From assembly GCA_964016885.1 (NCBI GenBank), contig OZ024741.1, positions 85,498,001 to 85,562,000 of the forward strand: 64,000 nucleotides of DNA. The letters run 5' to 3'. Positions within the stretch are counted from its first letter, which is position 1; each line of letters starts with the position of its first letter. The position numbers and the translations under genes were made by a program. Of this stretch, positions 1 through 16,103 are shown piece after piece. The notes beneath the pieces were generated by a model. It was not told the origin of the DNA. It searched no databases and worked only from the letters and a program-made list of their open reading frames with translations. The DNA comes from Eledone cirrhosa (taxonomy: Eukaryota).

Positions 1-2081
1 ATTTCTGTCCTCCTGTGAGCCAATGATGTATCCCTCACATTTCTTGAGCAGAAAGGACAAGGGGTTTAAGGACAAGGTGAATAATATCACATAGAGACTG
101 TCCCCCTGAAATATACCCCTGCAATATTTTATTTTATCAGTGAAAATAGAGTCCTCCTTCTCTGTCTTTAACCTTAGGATAGTAGCCCAAGAAGAAGACA
201 GCCTCTCTATGGCTCTGATAATAATGTCTGGGACTTTAGCAAGTTGGAGGGCCTCTATCATCCAAGAGTGGGGAACAGAATCGAAAGCTTTCCTGTAGCC
301 CAGCCAAACTGTAGCCATATTCCTCCTAAGTTGTCGCAACTCCGACATCGCATTTTTGTTGATTAGGAGTTGTTCAGCACATCCCCAAACCCCGTTCTTT
401 CCAGCTGCTTGTTCATCTGTGATGATGTTATTATTTTCACAGTGATCTTGGAGGAATAGGTCCAGGCAGGCTGTATACATCTTATACATCAGATTCTGGC
501 ATGCAATGGGTCGGTAGTTTTTTGCCAAGTGGGTGTCTTTGTTCTTGGGGACCAGTAATGTTTGTGCTAATGTCAACCATTCTGGTATAAGTGTATCTAC
601 CTTAAGAACTTGTTAGTAGAGGTCAGTAAGATACCTCCGATACAATATCAGTTTTTTTGTACCAGTAGCCGACAATCATGTCTCTTCCTGGTGTTTTCTT
701 ATCTTGGAGTTTTCCTATCACAGTCTCAAGAGTACCCTCACTTATTTCGTATGTTTTTGTTGTAGTGTAGGAGCAATAGTTCTTTGGGATTTCTCTTAGC
801 CACACTGCATCTTGGTTGAAATTCTTCTTTTTACCCCATATTTTGCTCCAAAAGGAATCTATGTCTTTCTGGGATGGGGCCTCAGTGACACTTATTATTT
901 TGTTCTTCATATCTCTATAGACTGATGTTTGGTTTCGTCTGAATCTTTTATTAAGCACTTTTCTCTCATCTACCTTCTTCAGGTATCGGCGTTTTTCGCT
1001 AGCAGCTCTCAATTCTTGTTGAAGGGTGATCAGCTTATATTGAAGACTTCTGGTTCTACCAGACATCGTCTCTATTTTATTTCTCACTCTTTGTTGGTGA
1101 GGAGTGAGATCTTTTTGTGTTTGTTTGCATGTAAGGAGCATTGTCACATATCCTATGGTTTTTCGTAGGTCAACAATCTTTTTTTCTATTTTAGTTATAT
1201 ATGATGGTATTTTTGGTGGTGTTCTGTTCTTGTTAATATCTCTGCTATCACCAAGATAATGCTTCACTGTCGTTGCTAGGGCATATAAACAGGCATTGAT
1301 TTGCCAAAATGTTTGGATTTTTATCCGTCGTAAATATTCATCCCCTATTTAGTCAATAACACGTAATATTTCATTATTTGGTTTTTTATTAAACATTGTC
1401 GTTTTAATACGTTCAGCAAGAGAGATATTTATACATGAATTAATTTCTCTTTGGAAGATTTCGTTGAGGGAAATTTTCAATTGTTTATACTTTTGATTAT
1501 TATCATTATCGATAGTATTTTCCACAACAGTCGAGGTAGACTCAGATGGTACACGCGGTGTGAAATTTCTTCGATTATTATTATTATTGCTTCGATTTTT
1601 ATTATTATCGATAGTGTTTTCCCCAGCATTCGAGGTAGACTTAGATGGTACAGGTGGTGTCAAGTTTCTTACAAGCATAGTTGTTTCAAGGCGCTGTTCG
1701 ACCTGGCTGCTCGGAAGTCTAGTAGCATGGCGATCTGTAGCACGTGTTGTTGATAACATGTTTGTTGTGGGGGACTTACAATTAATAATATTTATCTTAT
1801 TTTTACGTTCAACAAACGTCGCTTGTTGGCGTAATTGTTTCGCTGTGAAATAATTTAGCTCTGGGTGTATTTCGTCCCAGTGTAGCTTCATTTTGTTCAT
1901 ATAGCCAATGGAGGGATTTTGTTGCCATTTTATAACAATTAAATAAATCATTATTAAGTTCGCAACTCCAAGAGAAATGCGATTTATAATTTCGGTCTCT
2001 TCTGTATAAAGTTTGATTACCTTTCTTGTTGGTTGTCTTCGGTACTTCCTTAATGTTGTTGTTGATGTTGTGTTCAGCCAT
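1..2081 (-). mobile_element. R4/Dong-like (RLE-type) non-LTR retrotransposon, N-terminal region and RT, frameshifted; runs off the window start
   Basis: The minus strand of 1-600 translates to LVPKNKDTHLAKNYRPIACQNLMYK..EQAAGKNGVWGCAEQLLIN..YRKAFDSVPHSW..RGIFQGDSL (RT motifs). The upstream ORFs 623-1267 (FWSKIWG, KTPGRDMIVGYWYKK) and 1349-2081 (WDEIHPEL..KQLRQQA) fit an R4/Dong N-terminus. Confidence 0.85.
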
Positions 2082-2399
2082 GCTGTTTATAGCAAATCCT
2101 TGTAAAATGAATTATGTATTTAGTCGGATATCTCTACGAATTCGAATAAAAGGTGTCTTCAGAAGATATAGTTAGAAGAATAGCCAGTTATTCAACATGA
2201 CTGTAGTTGTGGCAATACTGTCGGAGATAGTATTCATCTTAAATTTAATAAATAGTCTCCCACGCCAAAATATGCGACTGATCGCGTTGACTGTCTGTAT
2301 GTATTTATGTATGTATATTTGTATGTATATATAACTGTATGTATGACTGTATGACTGTATGTATGTATGTAGGTATGTATGCATGTATATATATATGTA

Positions 2400-3012
2400 T
2401 TTTCTCTCTTTCTCTTAATTTCGAGTATATTTTTGACGGGCCACCTTCCTGGTGGCAAGGTTGTAAAAGAAAAGAAATTGTCATCCCTTGAATCGCAAGA
2501 ATGTTTTGCAAATTTTGAAGGTGCCAGCTATTGCAGCCATTTGTAGACTATGAATTAGGGAGCTGCGCTCTTTGTCCGCAAATCCAAGTTCAGTTATACA
2601 TTGGTCCAAGCGGGTTGGTATATAACCTGTAGCTCCAATAATGATGGGTATGAAGCTAAAGGTGTATCTTGGATACTGGATTTGTAAACTCCTCATCAAT
2701 GGTCCGTAGATGTCCTCCTTCTCCTGTATTTTTCTGACAACGTTTACATCAAATGGGCAGCTGATCTCCACAACAGAACACGTTTTCAATGTGTGGTCCC
2801 AAACAACAATATCAGGCTAGTAACACTGAAGCAACCATCTTGCCCAGGTTTATGAGCATGAAGAAAATATATCATTAGGATAGCCACTGATCTGGAGGAG
2901 AGATATGGAATAAAGCCTGATATAAATCTCTCACCCAGAGAAATCGGAAGATCCTATTCAATGTTGAAACAAGATGAAAAAATTGACCAATTTGCAGAAA
3001 AAGTTGTGCATG
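2400..3012 (-). mobile_element. 5'-truncated R4/Dong-like 3' end (restriction-like endonuclease and 3' UTR) with probable inverted 5' segment
   Basis: Minus strand PDIVVWDHTLKTCSVVEISCPFD..EKEDIYGPL..IPIIIGATG is a PD-(D/E)xK RLE domain. The 3' UTR ends in (CATA)n. Plus strand 2820-3012 reads ..IIRIATDLEERY..DQFAEKVVH, resembling the post-RT region. Confidence 0.75.
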
Positions 3013-3487
3013 TATGTATGTATGTATAAATTTCTGTGTTCAACTGTCTGTTGAGCTACAGAAGCTTATCTGTTTTTTGCATCAAAGCTTCACCATGTGT
3101 ATGTGTGTATGCGGGGTTGGGATATGTGTCCATGTATGTATGTGCATGTATGGATTTTCTGTCTGCGTGTATGTGTGTGTGCATGTATCTGAGTAAGTCT
3201 TTTATTCTCTTTCATCGATATATTTGTGTCTTTGCTGACACAGTATATCTAATTTTCTTTTGTTTTGTTTTTGTTATTTGTATTTTTGTATTTATTTTTA
3301 TCATGATTTGGTAAAAAATATATTCATTTGCCAACTCGAATCGTCTTTTAAAAACAACGCATACTATTAAATGGAACAGGAAAAAAGAAAAAAGAAGAAA
3401 ATGAAAAGGAAAAAAAGAAGGATCAAACAACAAAATAAAGGAAGAGGGCGGAGGTTTAGACACTACACCCCACTCCCCCTGTTGACG

Positions 3488-4265
3488 TCAAGTCCCCCAA
3501 AGCACTTGGGATGCCATCCAGTGCAGCCTGGCCTCAGACAGGCTCACGCGCCAGCTCGACCAGCACCGCCTTGCCTGCTTTCGTGCGGCCTCCAAACCCC
3601 ACAGTGGTGCCTGGCTCCATGCCCTGCCCTCCTTCTCCATTGGCACGCAGCTAGACAACAATAGCCTGCGCATCAGCGTTTCCTTGAGGCTCGGCCTCCT
3701 GATCTGTGAGCCACACTAATGTCGCTGCGGATCCACCGTGGACTCTTTCGGCCTCCACCCGCTTTCCTGTCGCCACATAGCCGGCCGCCTTCCATGCCAT
3801 GCTGCTCTCAACGAGGACATAAAGCATGGCTTGGACGCTGCGGGCGTCCCTTCCCAGCTCGAGCCGGTGGGGATGGACTTAGGGGACGGCAAAAAGCCAG
3901 ATGGCATGACCATCTTCCCGTTCCGTGGTGGAAAAACCCTCGTCTGGGATGCTACTTGCACCGACACTTTCTGCAGCCGCAACCTGGTGCAGTCTGCCAC
4001 TAACCCAGGTTCTGCTGCACGTCAGGCTGAGGAGGCCAAGCTCCTCAAATACCAGTCGCTCTCCGACAGGTTTGTGGTTGTACCCCTGACAGTGGAGACT
4101 TCTGGTATCCTCGGCTCCAGGGCTACATCCCTACTCACCACCAGGCGCTGAGCTGGCAGCCGCAAGTGTGAACCCCGCGAGTTGGAGTGGCTTTTCCAGC
4201 GCATCTTCCTTGCCGTCCTCCGCGGGAACGCCTTCTCCATCCTGTCCGCCGAGGCTGGGGAGGGG
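3488..4265 (+). mobile_element. CRE-clade-like non-LTR retrotransposon 3' fragment (zinc knuckle and RLE), degraded
   Basis: LDNNSLRISVSLRLG..CRCG..GLHPLSC..HAALN..EPVG..DGKKPDGMT..VWDATC..AEEAKLLKY..VETSG..LFQRIFLAVLRGNA. It is a GC-rich island with a stop and a frameshift. Confidence 0.8.
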
Positions 4266-4400
4266 GGGGGCTTATCGCGTAACATTCCATATTTAGGTAT
4301 CCAGATTAATAGAGCAGGACAACCTCATGGATTTAACTTCTGTTGGGTAGTGGCATTTCTATATGGGCTGACGACGAAAGTGAAAGAATTTCAATCAGAA

Positions 4401-7400
4401 AATGTTCTATTCCAATATAGTACAGTAATGTTCTATTCCAATATAGTACAGTGTTCTATTCCAATATAGTACAGTAATGTTCTATTCCAATATAGTACAG
4501 TGTTCTATTCCAATATAGTACAGTAATGTTCTATTCCAATATAGTACAGTGTTCTATTCCAATATAGTACAGTAATGTTCTATTCCAATATAGTACAGTA
4601 ATGTTCTATTCCAATATAGTACAGTGTTCTATTCCAATATAGTACAGTAATATTCTATTTCAATATAGTACAGTGTTCTATTCCAATATAATACAGTAAT
4701 GTTCTATTCCAATATAGTACAGTGTTCTATTCCAATATAGTACAGTAATGTTCTATTCCAATATAGTACAGTGTTCTATTCCAATATAGTACAGTAATGT
4801 TCTATTCCAATATAGTACAGTAATGTTCTATTCCAATATAGTACAGTAATGTTCTATTCCAATATAGTACAGTGTTCTATTCCAATATAATACAGTAATG
4901 TTCTATTCCAATATAGTACAGTGTTCTATTCCAATATAGTACAGTAATGTTCTATTCCAATATAGTACAGTAATGTTCTATTCCAATATAGTACAGTAAT
5001 GTTCTATTCCAATATAGTACAGTAATGTTCTATTCCAATATAGTACAGTGTTCTATTCCAATATAGTACAGTAATGTTCTATTCCAATATAGTACAGTAA
5101 TGTTCTATTCCAATATAGTACAGTGTTCTATTCCAATATAGTACAGTAATGTTCTATTCCAATATAGTACAGTGTTCTATTCCAATATAGTACAGTAATG
5201 TTCTATTCCAATATAGTACAGTGTTCTATTCCAATATAGTACAGTGTTCTATTCCAATATAGTACAGTAATGTTCTATTCCAATATAGTACAGTAATGTT
5301 CTATTCCAATATAGTACAGTGTTCTATTCCAATATAGTACAGTAAGGTTCTATTCCAATATAGTACAGTAATGTTCTATTCCAATATAGTACAGTAATGT
5401 TCTATTCCAATATAGTACAGTGTTCTATTCCAATATAGTACAGTAATGTTCTATTCCAATATAGTACAGTAATATCTATTCCAATATAGTACAGTAATGT
5501 TCTATTCCAATATAGTACAGTAATGTTCTATTCCAATATAGTACAGTAATATCTATTCCAATATAGTACAGTAATGTTCTATTCCAATATAGTACAGTGT
5601 TCTATTCCAATATAGTACAGTAATGTTCTATTCCAATATAGTACAGTGTTCTATTCCAATATAGTACAGTAATGTTCTATTCCAATATAGTACAGTAATG
5701 TTCTATTCCAATATAGTACAGTAATGTTCTATTCCAATATAGTACAGTAATGTTCTATTCCAATATAGTACAGTGTTCTATTCCAATATAGTACAGTAAT
5801 GTTCTATTCCAATATAGTACAGTAATGTTCTATTCCAATATAGTACAGTAATGTTATATTCCAATATAGTACAGTAATGTTCTATTCCAATATAGTACAG
5901 TAATGTTCTATTCCAATATAGTACAGTAATGTTCTATTCCAATATAGTACAGTGTTCTATTCCAATATAGTACAGTAATGTTATATTCCAATATAGTACA
6001 GTAATGTTCTATTCCAATATAGTACAGTAATGTTCTATTCCAATATAGTACAGTAATGTTCTATTCCAATATAGTACAGTGTTCTATTCCAATATAGTAC
6101 AGTAATGTTATATTCCAATATAGTACAGTGTTCTATTCCAATATAGTACAGTAATGTTATATTCCAATATAGTACAGTAATGTTCTATTCCAATATAGTA
6201 CAGTAATGTTCTATTCCAATATAGTACAGTGTTCTATTCCAATATAGTACAGTAATGTTATATTCCAATATAGTACAGTGTTCTATTCCAATATAGTACA
6301 GTAATGTTATATTCCAATATAGTACAGTAATGTTCTATTCCAATATAGTACAGTGTTCTATTCCAATATAGTACAGTAATGTTATATTCCAATATAGTAC
6401 AGTAATGTTCTATTCCAATATAGTACAGTAATGTTCTATTCCAATATAGTACAGTAATGTTCTATTCCAATATAGTACAGTGTTCTATTCCAATATAGTA
6501 CAGTAATGTTATATTCCAATATAGTACAGTAATGTTCTATTCCAATATAGTACAGTAATGTTCTATTCCAATATAGTACAGTAATGTTCTATTCCAATAT
6601 AGTACAGTGTTCTATTCCAATATAGTACAGTAATGTTATATTCCAATATAGTACAGTAATGTTCTATTCCAATATAGTACAGTAATGTTCTATTCCAATA
6701 TAGTACAGTAATGTTCTATTCCAATATAGTACAGTAATGTTCTATTCCAATATAGTACAGTGTTCTATTCCAATATAGTACAGTAATGTTATATTCCAAT
6801 ATAGTACAGTAATGTTCTATTCCAATATAGTACAGTGTTCTATTCCAATATAGTACAGTAATGTTATATTCCAATATAGTACAGTAATGTTCTATTCCAA
6901 TATAGTACAGTAATGTTCTATTCCAATATAGTACAGTAATGTTCTATTCCAATATAGTACAGTGTTCTATTCCAATATAGTACAGTAATGTTATATTCCA
7001 ATATAGTACAGTAATGTTCTATTCCAATATAGTACAGTAATGTTCTATTCCAATATAGTACAGTAATGTTCTATTCCAATATAGTACAGTGTTCTATTCC
7101 AATATAGTACAGTAATGTTATATTCCAATATAGTACAGTAATGTTCTATTCCAATATAGTACAGTAATGTTCTATTCCAATATAGTACAGTAATGTTCTA
7201 TTCCAATATAGTACAGTGTTCTATTCCAATATAGTACAGTAATGTTATATTCCAATATAGTACAGTAATGTTCTATTCCAATATAGTACAGTAATGTTCT
7301 ATTCCAATATAGTACAGTAATGTTCTATTCCAATATAGTACAGTGTTCTATTCCAATATAGTACAGTAATGTTATATTCCAATATAGTACAGTAATGTTC

Positions 7401-8965
7401 TATTCCAATATAGTACAGTGTTCTATTCCAATATAGTACAGTGTTCTATTCCAATATAGTACAGTAATGTTATATTCCAATATAGTACAGTAATGTTCTA
7501 TTCCAATATAGTACAGTGTTCTATTCCAATATAGTACAGTAATGTTCTATTCCAATATAGTACAGTGTTCTATTCCAATATAGTACAGTAATGTTATATT
7601 CCAATATAGTACAGTGTTCTATTCCAATATAGTACAGTAATGTTATATTCCAATATAGTACAGTAATGTTCTATTCCAATATAGTACAGTAATGTTCTAT
7701 TCCAATATAGTACAGTAATGTTATATTCCAATATAGTACAGTAATGTTCTATTCCAATATAGTACAGTAATGTTCTATTCCAATATAGTACAGTAATGTT
7801 CTATTCCAATATAGTACAGTGTTCTATTCCAATATAGTACAGTAATGTTATATTCCAATATAGTACAGTAATGTTCTATTCCAATATAGTACAGTGTTCT
7901 ATTCCAATATAGTACAGTAATGTTCTATTCCAATATAGTACAGTGTTCTATTCCAATATAGTACAGTAATGTTATATTCCAATATAGTACAGTAATGTTC
8001 TATTCCAATATAGTACAGTGTTCTATTCCAATATAGTACAGTGTTCTATTCCAATATAGTACAGTAATGTTCTATTCCAATATAGTACAGTGTTCTATTC
8101 CAATATAGTACAGTAATGTTATATTCCAATATAGTACAGTAATGTTCTATTCCAATATAGTACAGTGTTCTATTCCAATATAGTACAGTAATGTTATATT
8201 CCAATATAGTACAGTGTTCTATTCCAATATAGTACAGTAATGTTATATTCCAATATAGTACAGTAATGTTCTATTCCAATATAGTACAGTGTTCTATTCC
8301 AATATAGTACAGTGTTCTATTCCAATATAGTACAGTAATGTTCTATTCCAATATAGTACAGTAATGTTCTATTCCAATATAGTACAGTGTTCTATTCCAA
8401 TATAGTACAGTAATGTTCTATTCCAATATAGTACAGTAATGTTATATTCCAATATAGTACAGTAATGTTCTATTCCAATATAGTACAGTGTTCTATTCCA
8501 ATATAGTACAGTAATGTTATATTCCAATATAGTACAGTAATGTTCTATTCCAATATAGTACAGTGTTCTATTCCAATATAGTACAGTGTTCTATTCCAAT
8601 ATAGTACAGTAATGTTCTATTCCAATATAGTACAGTAATGTTCTATTCCAATATAGTACAGTGTTCTATTCCAATATAGTACAGTAATGTTCTATTCCAA
8701 TATAGTACAGTAATGTTATATTCCAATATAGTACAGTAATGTTCTATTCCAATATAGTACAGTGTTCTATTCCAATATAGTACAGTAATGTTATATTCCA
8801 ATATAGTACAGTAATGTTCTATTCCAATATAGTACAGTGTTCTATTCCAATATAGTACAGTGTTCTATTCCAATATAGTACAGTAATGTTCTATTCCAAT
8901 ATAGTACAGTGTTCTATTCCAATATAGTACAGTAATGTTATATTCCAATATAGTACAGTGTTCTA
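4401..8965. repeat. ~4.6 kb minisatellite of 26-bp (AATGTTCTATTCCAATATAGTACAGT) and 23-bp (lacking AAT) monomers
   Basis: Directly visible head-to-tail monomers with no spacers. A TTC>TTA variant appears from ~5855. Confidence 0.98.
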
Positions 8966-9599
8966 GTTGGAACTGTGCCTTATTCGTACCCCAATGACAA
9001 AACGGCAAAAGTGTTACCGCGGAGAATGGCCAGAGACACCTGTTGCAACAGACCCCACCACCACCACCATCACCATCACCACCCCTTACCCCACCCTCAC
9101 GGAGTCCCTTCCTCAAGCGGGCCGTCGTCTTTCCGACTTTTCTAAGGGAATCAGCAGTGCTTGGACCAAGGAGGCCAAAAGTCTCGACAAAGACCGGTAC
9201 AAAGAGGAAACGGTCGGTCAGGCTCCGGTATTGTTATTGGTCTTTCATTGCTGTTGTTGTTTTTTTAAGATAGCAGGTTATGGCATCACCACTCGCGTTT
9301 AAGAATATTCCCCTTCCTCCCTTCCCTCGTCGCGTCCCTCGTTGTTTTCCTCGTCTCTTTTCTCCTCCTTTCCCTCTTCCCTCACGCTGACTCTGGCCCT
9401 GTCCCTTCCCCCATACATTTCTTACACTTCTTTCCCCTCCTCCCTTCACCTTTCCCTTCTCCACCTCCTTCCCCCATCACTTCCCTCTTACCTCTTTACC
9501 ACAAGTCACGGGATCCCTGAAAATTGTTCTTCTCCCCACTCTGCCAACTAAGCGATAAAAAGTGGAAAGTGAATGTTTGTCTTAAATGAATATATATGA

Positions 9600-10198
9600 A
9601 GGATCCTCCGATGGTGTCGACGATGAACATTCATTTGTTAAATCAACTGAACGCACGACTCGTGAATTAACTTATAAGCGGCTGAGTATTCCACAGACAC
9701 TTGTGCCCTTGACGTAATCCTCGGCAAAATCAGTATGTCACAATATGAAGCAAAGCTGGCAGGCTTCCTCGGAGTTTTCGTCGACCCAATTTCACTCACA
9801 AAGCTTGGTTCGGCCCGGAGCTCTGGCATTTGCTCAGGATGCTACTCAGTGGGATCAAACTTGGGCCCTCCTGATTCTTAACCACTCAGCTATGCCTACC
9901 AATAACAAAGTAGTTATAGCTATACTAGTGGTATGATGTGGGGGGGGGGTGCTCCGACAGTTCCGATGGTGAGTGTCCCAGTTGTAAAATCAACGGAACA
10001 GGCAGCCGGTTTATAAAATTAATGGGCAAGTGGTTTGGCATTCCACACTATGACCCTTAACATAGTTTTCAAGGAGATTTCATGCGACATAATGTGTAAC
10101 AAGGCTGACCCACAGAATTACAGGTACAACTTTATTTTCGAGGGTAATAGACTGAAACGACATGAAATAAAGTGTCTTGCTCAAGTACACGACGCGCC
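9600..10198 (-). mobile_element. Two diverged copies of a SINE-like repeat (~9600-9880 and ~9955-10198)
   Basis: The two segments resemble each other (gatggtg..aatcaac.gaac..aattaa..aag.gg..attccaca..cccttaac). The second has the aagtgtcttgctcaag motif typical of antisense tRNA-derived SINEs. Confidence 0.55.
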
Positions 10199-10445
10199 GA
10201 AGAAGGCAAACTTCGTGAGCCGAAGAAGGCAAACTGTCCAAGTATCGGTCGCTCTCCGATAGAGTAGTGGTAGAGCCTGTAACAGTTGATACTTCCTCCG
10301 TACATGGCCCCTGGACCACATCCCTACTCACTGTTATCAGATAGGATTTAACCGCCCGCAGGTGCGAGACCCGCGAGATGGAGTGGCTGATCCAGCACGT
10401 CTCCCTCGCCGCCCTCAAAGGCAATTTATTCTCATATCTAGTCGG
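10198..10445 (+). mobile_element. Second CRE-like RLE 3' fragment
   Basis: AEEGKLSKYRSLSDRVVVEPVTVDTS..ETREMEWLIQHVSLAALKGN is homologous to 4025-4250. Confidence 0.75.
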
Positions 10446-10843
10446 CCGGGACCCAGAGGTGGTGGATACCCGTTAGGACGTCACTTCCTCTCTATTTCTT
10501 AATAATATTAGTCAGACTTTTATTTGGTTAAACATACAGAAAGAGAAAGCAGTATTTGAAAAGACTTCTTTATCTCAGGAAAATAAGAACAATGAAATTA
10601 GATTACAGAACTAAAACGGCGAGAATTTAGTCGAGAAGAATATAAATAAATGAGATGGTAAGGAATAGTATAAGATGATGCGTTTATATTCAATCAATAA
10701 CTTTGCTGGCGAGATTTTATTTATTTATTCATCTCGTTATTTATTTGTTTTTCAGGTTAACTTGTTTGAAAGAAATGACTGGTGAATCTATGTCAATTTA
10801 TGTATGTATGCATATATGTGTGTGTATGTGTGTGTATTTGTAG

Positions 10844-10928
<85 letters not shown>

Positions 10929-11024
10929 CACACACAGAGTTATAATTTCCATTCGATTCTGCATTTGTTGATGTTTGCTTTTTATGTATTTTCACTCAAC
11001 TAATGAATAGTGGAGGTATACTCC

Positions 11025-11097
<73 letters not shown>

Positions 11098-11579
11098 CGC
11101 GCGTGTGTGTGTGTATACACACATATATATATATATATATATATATGTGTGCATGTATGTATGTGTGTGTATATATATATATATATATACACACACATAC
11201 ATACATGCACGCATATATATATATATATGTGTGTGTGTATACATATATATACAACATACATACATTAATGGAACAGTAAAAATATGTAAAACATTCCAAA
11301 TATTCTGTACCTAATAACTCAATGCACACATGTACAGATACAAAGCATATGCACACATACAACTCAAAACATACACCTCCACATAAACAATAACATCCAT
11401 ACCTGCACACGCAATCACGCGTGCAGACATGCAGACATATCTACCGAGTTGATGTGTAAATTCCAATGAGAGAGACTTGTATCTATGTTAGAAACGGACT
11501 CTCTCTCTATTGGCAAAAATTTGTGAAATTATAAAACAAGAAGAACATATATACATACATACGTACGTACGTACTTACA

Positions 11580-11640
11580 TATGTACAAATAAATATATGT
11601 ATGTAAGTATCTGTATATATATAAGTGTGTGAGTGTTTAA

Positions 11641-11715
<75 letters not shown>

Positions 11716-11763
11716 TAGATGAGATTCTACAGTTCTAGTCCTGTAGAATCTCATCTATATTAA

Positions 11764-11841
<78 letters not shown>

Positions 11842-11890
11842 TTATATATATACAGATACTTACATACATATATTTATTTGTATATATGTA
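11580..11890. repeat. Foldback inverted repeat centred at ~11736
   Basis: ATAGATGAGATTCTACAG-ttctagtc-CTGTAGAATCTCATCTAT is flanked by (TA)n. The outer arms ~11585-11628 and ~11839-11882 are reverse complements. Confidence 0.85.
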
Positions 11891-12044
11891 TATATAATAA
11901 ATAGTGAAAGTATGTTTAGTAAAAAGCTTTAATTAAACATACCTTTTGTTTCTGGATAATGATTATTAATATCTATTGATAATGCCAGACATGCTAAATC
12001 TGAGAATTGGTGGGAAAAACTTAGAGAATAAAAGACTTACACAA

Positions 12045-12110
<66 letters not shown>

Positions 12111-12204
12111 CTATATATATATATATATACACACGACTGGCACAGGTATACATGCACGTGCATTCCTACACACTCTCACACAATTACAAATGCATATTTG
12201 TATT

Positions 12205-12250
<46 letters not shown>

Positions 12251-12296
12251 AGTGTGTGTGCGTGTTTGTGTGTGTGTGTGTTTATCTATAGATAAA

Positions 12297-12336
<40 letters not shown>

Positions 12337-12453
12337 TTATATAAGTATTCTATATATGTATAGGTTATATAATATATCTATATACTTACGCACACTTACA
12401 TAAACACACTCATACATACACACGCACTCATATACACACATATATGTAATATA

Positions 12454-12554
<101 letters not shown>

Positions 12555-12861
12555 CATACGCATACATACATACACATACATACACACACCTTTCCATGTG
12601 ACATTTATAGTATTACTGAGCAATATATATTTTCTTATAGTCTGATATTTGAGGTTCTCAAGACAGTTAGCATATTACTAATCAATCATTTGTATTAATT
12701 AATTACGGTAATATCAGGAATGCCTGCTTGTCCCATTCCTCTAATTATATTATTAATTAACTTAAATGCTGTGTAATTACTTGAAATTGTCGATAGTGGC
12801 TGTTGTATGAGTGTATATCTGTGTATATATATATATACATATATATATATACATATATATA

Positions 12862-12949
<88 letters not shown>

Positions 12950-13306
12950 TAAACAAATAATGAATAAAACAATGAAACAGTTCCTTATATTAAACAAAAA
13001 AAGTTCATTATTTAACGATCGTTTCTAGGATATATATGTGTTAGAATTGGCATGCATATTCAACAGATCTATGTACAAAATTATACAAAATTATACAAAC
13101 TATCAAGATTTATATATAGTATTAATAATAAATTTGAAGACTAAAATCCAAAGAGGGCTCGATAAGGATAAATATATATCAAATATATAAGAACCGTAGA
13201 GCAAATATTTATTAAAATAACAGATTAAAGTTTAAGCAAAGATTCAGAAGATCCCGTTAAGGGTGAAAGCAGCGATTCTTTGCTTAAACTTTAATCTGTT
13301 ATTTTA

Positions 13307-13358
<52 letters not shown>

Positions 13359-13397
13359 AGGAAGTTATAGTTCACTTGAAGCATTGTGTAATGAGGT

Positions 13398-13728
13398 ATA
13401 AACGTTTGTATATGTATAATAAAGCCAAAACAATGCAGGTATGGACATAGAATAAAGAATGTAAATGCAAAAGATATTGTTGACAATTAGTCTTTTACCT
13501 TAGATTTATTTAAATGTCCTTAATTTTCGAGATAATATCTCTTCTTCGGAGGGAAGTAAAGCGGTTAAACCGAACAGTGGTTTAACCGCTTTACTTCCCT
13601 CCGAAAATTAAGGACATTTAAATAAATCTAAGGTAAAAGACTAATTGTCAACAATATCTTTTGCATTTGCATTCTTTATTCTATGTCCATACCTGCATTG
13701 TTTTGGCTTTATTATACATATACAAACG
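13398..13728. repeat. Long inverted repeat with 7-nt spacer GAACAGT (duplicate ~30146-30482)
   Basis: GCGGTTAAACC-gaacagt-GGTTTAACCGC at 13561-13589. The arms extend ~150-170 bp, and the right arm lacks 19 nt. Confidence 0.9.
13518..13552 (-). ncRNA. Minimal hammerhead-like motif with CCGAAGA core (duplicate 30266-30300)
   Basis: Minus strand CCT-CCGAAGA-A-GAGATA-T-TATCTC-GAAA-AT-TA-AGG: 3-bp helix I, 6-bp helix II, palindromic AATT helix III. Confidence 0.45.
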
Positions 13729-15997
<2,269 letters not shown>

Positions 15998-16002
15998 GTA
16001 TA

Positions 16003-16033
<31 letters not shown>

Positions 16034-16058
16034 GTATATGTATGTATGTATATATATG

Positions 16059-16103
<45 letters not shown>

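Noticed and set aside
1495-1660. ~96-bp direct repeat as a separate element
   Set aside because: It is an in-frame internal duplication in the low-complexity linker of the R4-like ORF.
4401-8965. CRISPR array
   Set aside because: The repeats abut with no unique spacers, the context is eukaryotic and there are no cas genes.
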